Shown here: positions 11,301-18,800 of the stretch, piece after piece
How positions within the stretch are numbered: position 1 is the first letter of the stretch
Layout of the letters: each line of letters opens with the position of its first letter
NCBI RefSeq assembly: GCF_032191835.1
Contig: NC_083234.1
Location: 16,120,001-16,184,000, forward strand
DNA length: 64,000 nt
Source: Heteronotia binoei
Taxonomy: Eukaryota
Direction: 5' to 3'
Program-made: the position numbers and the translations under genes
Notes under the pieces: model-generated
The model's input: only the letters and a program-made list of their open reading frames with translations
Database searches by the model: none
What the model was told of the DNA's origin: nothing

Positions 11301-14028
11301 GTTTTGTCCATGGCCCAAAGGGAGCTGAAGATCCGGTGCAGGTCGCTGGTGTTGTGCTGCAAATGCCTCACGTACTTCTCCCATGCCTGGTCCAGTTCTT
11401 CTCCCAGCCGCTCCTGAGAAGAACACGGAGGAGGCCCCATCAGCCTCTCAAAGAGTCCCAAGGAGAAAGACCACCGGGGAAGGAGAGCTGCTTATCTGCT
11501 CCCTCAGAAAACTGCTCTTCCTACAAACTGGGCATTTGCATACAAAATGCTGGATTTCTGAGAGCACCAACTTGCCACCCTGAACCACCTTTCTGTAAAA
11601 AGAAACCAGGTGGAGAAAAGGTGGAGTTCTGGGCAAGAGCTTTCTCCTGGCTGTGGAAATGGCTGCAGGCTGCTGTCCAACAGGAGAGGACCCTTAGCAG
11701 TAATTCAAGAGGAACCCCAGTTCAGCCCTGGAAACTGATCTTCATGTCAGAAGAGCTGGGCTCTCGATTTCCAGAAGTTCACCACAAAGAAGCAAATGCC
11801 TCTGAGCACATGCAGAACATCAGGCTCTCACAGACCCCTGCCCTTCTTTGCTAGGGAATTAAGGAGGCAAAACTGGGATCCAATGGAAGAGGGCAAACAG
11901 ACCCACCCGCTGTCACCACAGGGTGCCCAGAGAGCTTTGGGGTCACATTCTTGAATGTATGTAAGCAGCCACCTCAACTCCTCCAGAGAACCTCACTGGA
12001 GCTAAGAAGAACTGACTGTTCAGACAAAAGGAAAAGGGGGAAGTGGCAATCCAACAAACAGCATGGTCCAGAAAGCCCACAGCAATGCCCAGAGTGACCT
12101 GGGAGGCATGCTGTTCCCAGGCCCAGGCTGCCAGCTCCCCCAGGGAACCAGGCCCAACTCAGCAGGGCAAGTGGGGGTCAGGAAGAGGCACAGCAGGAGG
12201 GGAAGGAAAGGAGCTCCCAGAAGAGAGTGGAGCAGTCAAGGCCCCCCACTCACCTCATAGGCTTGACCAAGGGGTCCGTTGTAAAAGCAGAAGAGTCCCA
12301 TCAAGTGATCCAGGAAGTGCTGGCAGCTGGTATCAGGCAGGTCGGCAGCACAGCCCAGCACCTGCAGCATGTCAGTGCGTGAGACCAGCACTCCATTCGG
12401 GCATGGCGCCCCTCCCCAGCTCCTGCCGCTTTCACAAGCCACCCCCCCCCCGAGGCTCACCCAAAGGTAGCTGCCGTCCACTCGAACGGCAAACTTGAGC
12501 TTCCTCAGCCGAATGAGCTGCGGCGGAGAGCCAAGGATCTCTGCCATCCAGCGGACCACGCCGGCCACCTGGCTGCAAAGCAGCTCCTGCTGATCCAGAG
12601 GCGTCTGCCAGGGAAGGAGGGAAACGATGTTGCACAGGCTGCTTACTGGGACTGCAGGCGCAGAGGCCAGAACTCAAGTGTGAGGAGCCGGCAGCCAGAG
12701 AGGCCTGTCCCTCAACCCCCCCCCCCCATTACAGAAGAAGTGCATGTGGCAACTCCCCCCGCCCAGCTTGCTGAAGGCACCAGAATAAGAATGGCAAGAC
12801 GGCATCCATAGCTTGGGGCACCAGGACAGCCAGACAGGGCACTACACGCCTTGAGCCACCGCCCAGAAACCTTGTTCTGGAGCCCCCATCCGAAGCAGCA
12901 GAGAGGCTGAAGCCCTGGCCTTCCCAGCGGTCTTTCTCCCGACTTAGTCCCTCTGCTCCCCGGCCGAAGTCTTGTCCAAGGGCTTACCTGGCGAGGGCTG
13001 AAGTAGCAGATGCCGGCTTGTGTGGGGTCCCCTTCTTCCCTCACCTTGGAGCCATCGTACAGGAAGAAGCAATCCCACCTGCACAGCAGCACCGGAGAAG
13101 AAGCGGTCAGGCCAGGCCAGGAGAGAGGGTCAGGCGCCCCCCCTCCAGCTCCGCTCCTGGCCACCTGGGGGGGCGGGACTGGCTGCAAGGGGGGCAGCCC
13201 CTCTGGAGGGAGGGCAGGGGGGAGAGGGGGGCACGTGGGAGGGGGCAGCAGCCGCCCCTCTGGTCGGGGGGGGGCGGCCGGGCTCATCAGGCGGGAGGAG
13301 GGGCGGGAGGGGCACGTGGGAGGGGGCAGCAGCCGCCCCTCTGGTCGGGGGGGGGGGCGGCCGGGCTCATCAGGCGGGAGGAGGGGCGGGAGGGGCACGT
13401 GGGAGGGGGCAGCAGCAGCAGCCCCTCTGGTCGGGGGGGGGGGCGGCCGGGCTCACCAGGCGGGAGGAGGGGGCGGGAGGGGCACGTGGGAGGGGGCAGC
13501 AGCAGCCCCTCTGGAGGGAGGGCGGGGGGGGCACGTGGGAGGGGGCAGCAGCAGCCCCTCTGGAGGGAGGGCGGGGGGGCACGTGGGAGGGGGCAGCAGA
13601 AGCCCCTCTGGAGGGAGGGCGGGGGGGGAAAGGCGGCCGGCTCCCCCGGCGGGAGGAGGGGCGGGAGGGGCACGTGGGAGGGGGCAGCAGCAGCCCCTCT
13701 GGGCCGGGGGGGGGGAGGCGGCCGGCTCCCCCGGCGGGAGGAGGGGCGGGAGGGGCACGTGGGAGGGGGCAGCAGCCGCCCCTCTGGTGGGGGGGGGCGG
13801 CCGGGCTCATCAGGCGGGAGGAGGGGCGGGAGGGGCACGTGGGAGGGGGCAGCAGCAGCCCCTCTGGGCCGGGGGGGGGGGAGGCGGCCGGCTCCCCCGG
13901 CGGGAGGAGGGGCGGGAGGGGCACGTGGGAGGGGGCAGCAGCAGCCCCTCTGGTCGGGGGGGGGGCGGCCGGGCTCACCAGGCGGGGGGAGGGGGGGCGG
14001 GCTCCGGCTGGGGGGCGGCCGAGGCCAT
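2206..14028 (-). CDS. HPS4: HPS4, BLOC-3 complex subunit (Rab32/38 GEF partner of HPS1). CDS span of 13 coding exons, ~555 aa
   Basis: Exons translate to [65 protein letters not shown] and [15 protein letters not shown], matching vertebrate HPS4. Exon sum is 1668 nt (divisible by 3), with GT/AG at all junctions. Confidence 0.95.
4486..4594 (-). CDS. HPS4: HPS4 coding exon 12, [36 protein letters not shown]
   Basis: 109 nt, ctccgcAG acceptor, GTAAGA donor, phase 1 to 2. Too short to appear in the ORF track. Confidence 0.92.
4958..5199 (-). mobile_element. tRNA-derived SINE, diverged subfamily (HPS4 intron)
   Basis: Ends ccactacaccaaactggctctc (reverse complement of the A-box head); (TTC)n-like tail at left. 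Confidence 0.8.
5507..5639 (-). CDS. HPS4: HPS4 coding exon 11, [22 protein letters not shown]...SIQNVLT
   Basis: 133 nt, (ct)n-cAG acceptor, GTGAGT donor. Confidence 0.95.
6483..6903 (-). CDS. HPS4: HPS4 coding exon 10, low-complexity linker plus [22 protein letters not shown]...IQDV
   Basis: The 3' end (GTGAGA donor at 6482) and conserved motif are clear. The 5' boundary is inferred: a phase-2 in-frame AG with a pyrimidine tract before the in-frame TGA at 6960-6962. Confidence 0.7.
7085..7615 (+). mobile_element. CR1 LINE 3' fragment (family with GATTCTAT tail), interrupted
   Basis: Translates [29 protein letters not shown]; 3' UTR ends tatgattctatcattct. Confidence 0.75.
7832..7952 (-). 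CDS. HPS4: HPS4 coding exon 9, [39 protein letters not shown]
   Basis: 121 nt, ctttccccAG acceptor, GTAAGG donor. Similar to human [28 protein letters not shown]. Confidence 0.88.
8995..9031 (-). CDS. HPS4: HPS4 coding exon 8 (37 nt), [12 protein letters not shown]
   Basis: ctctttcAG acceptor, GTAAGC donor. Phases fit the neighbouring exons. Confidence 0.85.
9580..9646 (-). CDS. HPS4: HPS4 coding exon 7, [22 protein letters not shown]
   Basis: ctccgcAG acceptor, GTAGGT donor, conserved motif. Confidence 0.92.
9778..9971. mobile_element. hAT-type MITE
   Basis: TIR CAGTGTTCCCTCTAAGCTG...CAGCTTGGAGGGAGTATTG, imperfect 8-bp TSD gtccacac/gtccataa. Same family as 31318. Confidence 0.75.
10431..10836 (-). 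mobile_element. Two head-to-tail CR1 3' ends (213-bp period)
   Basis: tcatagagttggaagggatctcctgggtcatctagtccaacc starts at both 10431 and 10644. Confidence 0.85.
11113..11207 (-). CDS. HPS4: HPS4 coding exon 6, [31 protein letters not shown]
   Basis: 95 nt, AG/GTGAGT boundaries, conserved peptide. Confidence 0.95.
11297..11413 (-). CDS. HPS4: HPS4 coding exon 5, [14 protein letters not shown]...[19 protein letters not shown]
   Basis: 117 nt, ttctcAG acceptor, GTAATG donor. Confidence 0.95.
12254..12361 (-). CDS. HPS4: HPS4 coding exon 4, [36 protein letters not shown]
   Basis: 108 nt, AG/GTGAGT boundaries. Confidence 0.95.
12461..12604 (-). CDS. HPS4: HPS4 coding exon 3, [17 protein letters not shown]...[16 protein letters not shown]
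   Basis: 144 nt, AG/GTGAGC boundaries. Confidence 0.95.
12988..13078 (-). CDS. HPS4: HPS4 coding exon 2, [30 protein letters not shown]
   Basis: 91 nt, AG/GTAAGC boundaries. Confidence 0.95.
13190..13980. repeat. G-rich VNTR (~45-90-bp units) filling HPS4 intron 1
   Basis: Recurrent ggcgggaggaggggcgggaggggcacgtgggagggggcagcagcagcccctctgg...ggcggccgggctca(c/t)ca units; ten CACGTG cores. Confidence 0.92.
13979..14028 (-). CDS. HPS4: HPS4 coding exon 1, [16 protein letters not shown](W)
   Basis: ATG at 14028 and a TG|GTGAGC phase-2 donor. Splicing recreates the conserved WW dipeptide (human ...SASWWNYFFLY). Confidence 0.88.
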
Positions 14029-14368
14029 CTGGGCGGGAGGGGCCGCACCGCCTCAGCGCATCTCCGGAGGGGCCTCTGCTGGCCGCGGGCGAGGAGGCGG
14101 GGGCGGCGGGCCGGGCGGGAGGAGCGCTCTGCACACGCTCAGAGGCCGCTCGCGGGGCTTCCGGCGGCGGCGGAGGAGGCGGGGCCGACACGTGACACTC
14201 GGGCCCCCTTCCCCAACGCGACTTCCGGCTCTCCGCGGAGGGGCGAGGCGGAGCCGGAAGTGAGGAGCGGGTCTTCTTTCCCGGCTAACTCTCGGAGGGG
14301 CGGTGGCCCCGCCTCCTGCTCCTGTACGGGTGCGGTGGAGGGACAATCGAGGCCGTCCCGCGCGCGGC
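14029..14368. promoter_or_regulatory. HPS4/SRRD bidirectional CpG-island promoter
   Basis: Divergent ATGs 340 bp apart, CpG-dense, no TATA box. ETS/GABP-type CCGGAAG sites at 14157-14164, 14221-14229 and 14254-14262; GACACGTGAC E-box at 14187-14196. Confidence 0.85.
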
Positions 14369-14484
14369 ATGGAGCGCTGCGGAGGAGCCGGAGGCTGGAG
14401 CCGCCCGCGGGGCAGGAGACGGCGGCAGCGGCGGGAGGAGGACGAGGAGCAGCAGCAGCAGAGGCGGCGCCTGCAGGAGGCGCG
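14369..14484 (+). CDS. SRRD: SRRD exon 1, [38 protein letters not shown](R)
   Basis: ggcATGg Kozak context, CG|GTGAGG donor. The W..R-rich N-terminus resembles orthologues. Confidence 0.88.
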
Positions 14485-15776
14485 GTGAGGCTTCCCTGAC
14501 CGGGAGGGGAGGCAGAGGAGGTCTCTCTCTCTGCCCCCTTTGCAGGGGCTCTTGACGCTCCTCGGAGAGCCAGCGGTGGTGTCTGACCTGGAGAACCGGG
14601 CTCCTCCCCCTCCCCCGTGGGGCAGTCACAGTTCTCTCGGAGCTCTCTCAGCCACACGGGGGAGAGGAGGGGAAGTCGACTGACTGCAAGGAAGGGTCGA
14701 AATCCAACCCCTTCTCCTTCCATCCCCACTCCGGCGGCTGGTGCTTATAGCTAGGCTGGCCCTGAACATGCAGTGTCCCACCGCTTTAAGGAAGAGAGCT
14801 TTGCTGGGTTGGCAAGGGGTGCATCGGGCAGCCTCCTGCTCTCAGCTGTGGTCGGCCAGATGCCCAAAGGCCTCCCTCGTCCCTCACGTCTTTTCTGGTG
14901 CTTCTCGGAGTCGTCGTCGGGAGCATCCCAGGGAGGCGTCTTCTTCTCACTTCGGGGCGTGACTCCCTGGCAGCGGTCTTGCTCTGCACACAGCAGAAGC
15001 CAGCGGAGGTGCTGCGGGAGGAGAACCTGTTCTGCCCTGGAGGGGCGCTGGGCAGCCCCATTCAGGGAGAGAGGGCAGCCTAGCAGGCGTGCCGTCCCCA
15101 GCAATACTGACAATGGAGGACGAGGGTCTGATCCTCTCGCTGTATCCGTCTTTCGAGACCGATTAATGCTGCTGCTGCTGCTACCTGTTGGTTTTGGGGG
15201 GACCTGTCTGATTGTCTTTTAGCTGCTAGACTGCAAAGGCCAGGAGTGCAGAAGGAAGGGCAAGCACTGCTTTCACTCATCCTTCCTCCAAGGAACTCCC
15301 TCCCACAGGCATCCCTTCTCATCCTCGCAACAGGCCTGCAAGGGAGCTGGGACTGCAAGAGGCCATCCAAGGGCCTGCTAGTTATTTGAATGCTAAGTGG
15401 GGGGAGGGGGCCTGGATCTGGGGCTCCCAAAAACCTACTCTGGCCCCCTTGCCACTACCTGGTCATGGGCGACAGACCTTTCCGGAGGTGTTACCTAGGG
15501 TGGCCAAGAACAGAACCTCCACGGACAGAGAAACATGTTTTCTGTCAACTTTTCTGCTCTCCTTGGGGCTTTTGGGTAGCCATAGAGGGAGGCAGGAGGC
15601 TGGTGGAAACAGTGCTTGAGCGGGATATTTCCTTGCGCTGACTCCCAAGTGACAGTGCACAAGAGAGTCAATATAATAGAGTGGGTTCCATGCAAGGAAC
15701 ATAAGAACATAAAAGAAGCCATGTTAGATCAGGCCAATGGCCCATCCAGTCCAACATTCTGTGTCACACAGCGGCC

Positions 15777-15834
<58 letters not shown>

Positions 15835-18800
15835 TGGCTAATAGCCACTGATGGACCTCTGCTCCATATTTTTATCTAACCTCCTCTTGAAGGTGGCTAT
15901 GCTTGTGGCCGCCACCACCTCCTGTGGCAGTGAATTCCACATGTTAATCACCCTTTGGGTGAAGAAGTACTTCCTTTTATCCGTTTTAACCTTTCTGCTC
16001 AGCAATTTCATGGAATGCCCACGAGTTCTTGTATTGTGAGAAAGGGAGAAAAGTATTTCTTTCTCTACTTTCTCCATCCCATGCATTATCTTGTAAACCT
16101 CTATCATGTCACCCTGCAGTCGACATAAGAACATAAGAACATAAGAGAAGCCATGTTAGATCAGGCCAATGGCCCATCCAGTCCAACATTCTGTGTCACA
16201 CAGCGGCCAAATATACGCACACACACACACACACACACACACACTGTGGCTAATAGCCACTGATGGACCTCTGCTCCATATTTTTATCTAACCCCCTCTT
16301 GAAGGTGGCCATGCTTGTGGCCGCCACCACCTCCTGTGGCAGTGAATTCCACATGTTAATCACCCTTTGGGTGAAGAAGTACTTCCTTTTATCCGTTTTA
16401 ACCTGTCTGCTCAGCAATTTCATCGAATGCCCACGAGTTCTCGTATTGTGAGAAAGGGAGAAAAGTACTTTCTCTACTTTCTCCATCCCATGCATTATCT
16501 TGTAAACTTCTATCATGTCACCCCTCAGTCGACGTTTCTCCAAGCTAAAGAGTCCCAAGCGTTTCAACCTTTCTTCATAGGGAAAGTGCTCCAGCCCTTT
16601 AATCATTCTAGTTGCCCTTTTCTGGACTTTCTCCAATGCTATAATATCCTTTTTGAGGTGCGGCGACCAGAACTGCACACAGTACTCCAAATGAGACCGC
16701 ACCATCGATTTATACAGGGACATTATGATACTGGCTGATTTGTTTTCAATTCCCTTCCGAATAATTCCCAGCATGGCGTTGGCCTTTTTTATTGCAAACG
16801 CACACTGTCTTGACATTTTCAGTGAATTATCTACCACGACCCCAAGATCTTTTTCATGGTCAGTCTCTGCCACTTCACACCCCATCAAGGAAGAGATGCT
16901 GCTGTTGTGATCATATCTCCTTTATTAGATACAGCATGGCAAAGGCTGAACTCTAGCTGGAGAAGGGGGCCACTATATAATAATAATAATAATAAATTTA
17001 TTTTTGTATCCCGCCCTCCCCCGCCAAAGGCAGGCTCAGGGCGGCTAACACGACACGGTATATACCATGATAGTAAAATACAATATTACAACAAACAATT
17101 AAGCAATTAAAACAAATAAAATTACATTCATAAGTTAAGTTAATATACACTTCAAGGTTCCCGTGCTTGGGCACCATTGGGTCATTCAAACCAGCAGGGG
17201 GGCCATGCTTGGAGCAGGCCAGCAGGGATTTGGATCCTGCTGCCCCTTGTTCCCGAGCCCCCAAGCTCAGTCCTGCAGGCTCCAATGAGCCAGGCAAGAA
17301 CACCTTTAATTATACACAACCTTAGTCCACGTCCACAAAAATTAGCATGCAGATGAACAAACAAAGCTGCCTTATACAGAAGCAGACCCTTGTTCCATTG
17401 TCTCTGCTGGAAGCCGACAGTCACCTACCAACCTATTTAACATCTTCGGAAGTAAAAGACTTTAGAAGACCCTTCACTCTGGCAAGGTGCTCTGTCCTCC
17501 TGCCTGCTGTACTTCAAGGGAAATAGGAGAATATTGCTTTCTGTCCGTTAAGGGAGGCTAGATTGCAGAGCGCCTCTTTTTCATGTGCCCTTATTATAAA
17601 GTGGCACGTAAGGCGTTCATCACCCTGCTGATTGGAAAAAAAAATTGGGATTGCCAGAAAAGGCTAAACGTGAGTTTCTTTTATCTGATTGCCTTCCAAA
17701 TAGCCAGTTTCTGCATGGCCAGACTCAGGTTGCGGGAATTGCATGGCAGTTCGATAGCAGATGGTTATGGTAACTGAATATTAGATGGATTTAAAAATGT
17801 TTTTAGTATTTTTAAAATCTTGGAATCTTGTACATTGGCGTTTTACTTCTGTGCAAGTGGCCCAAGGACCATTGTAACAATAAGCTAACCCCGGCTGATC
17901 CTTTGAGTTGGAGCTGCTGCTGAGGATTGGGGCTGAGGCCTTCTGAGGCCAAGCAGAGGCTCTGCCGCTGAGCCATGGGGGTGGAAGGTAGGAGGGGCCG
18001 TCAGGTAGATGCAAAATTGGAGGGCAGGAAATGCTCAGAAATGTGTCATGACCCTGGAGTTCCTCCCTAGTCTCCCATCCAAGAACTCACCAGGCCGACC
18101 CTGCTTGTCTTCCCAGATCGGATGAGCTTTGGCTAGCCTGAACTGTGGGCCCTCCCCAGTGCTAGGAAGTGCACAATTCTTTGTAATCCATGCAGCAACT
18201 CTGCAAAGTCGGCCAGTAATATGAACGTGATGTTGCAAACTGGTAGCTGAGAAAAAGTGGCCTGATACCGGACCACTTCCTTCCTGTGCTGGGACAGAGG
18301 GCCTTCTGCCTGCCAGCTCAGTTCCTTCGCTGCTCTTCCAGGCTTGCTCTATTGCCCCCCCCCCCCCTGCTGATTTCTGTGAGGCTTGTATCTAAGCTAA
18401 ATGCAGGCAAGAGGGAGGCCTTACAGCAAGAGATGCTGGGGCTCAGGTCCCCTTGGAAGTGTCGCCTCCATAACCTCGTGGAAGGGGGTGGAGCTCAGGG
18501 TGGCATTTTCTTGTGCCTTCAGGGTTTGACCCCTGGTCTCTGTGACAGGTGGGGAGACCTCAACCCTGCCTCTTGTCTCCCACACGCCACACAGAGAGTC
18601 CCCAAATTTACTTTTTCTCCCCTCGTCTTTCTTTCTCACAGGGCAGAACTGCTGGACTCTGAGTTCTGGAATTCAAGTCTGAGTAAGTCCTGGCTTCAAA
18701 GTCTGTTTTCATCCTTTTGAGAAACTCTTGAGATTGTCCACATGGCTCCGGGGAGGGGGAGATGGCTGCCCACCTGCCTCTCAGTCCTGCTTCATTTACG

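Noticed and set aside
14049-14191. Alternative HPS4 first exon ending at a GTGCGG donor (14048)
   Set aside because: Its frame has no ATG (the track's M is GTG). The exon at 13979-14028 has an ATG, a better donor and restores the conserved WW.
13010-14499. 417-, 493-, 391-, 273- and 253-aa Gly/Pro/Arg-rich ORFs
   Set aside because: They come from a stop-poor GC-rich VNTR and CpG island that is open in most frames; several start at GTG or TTG.
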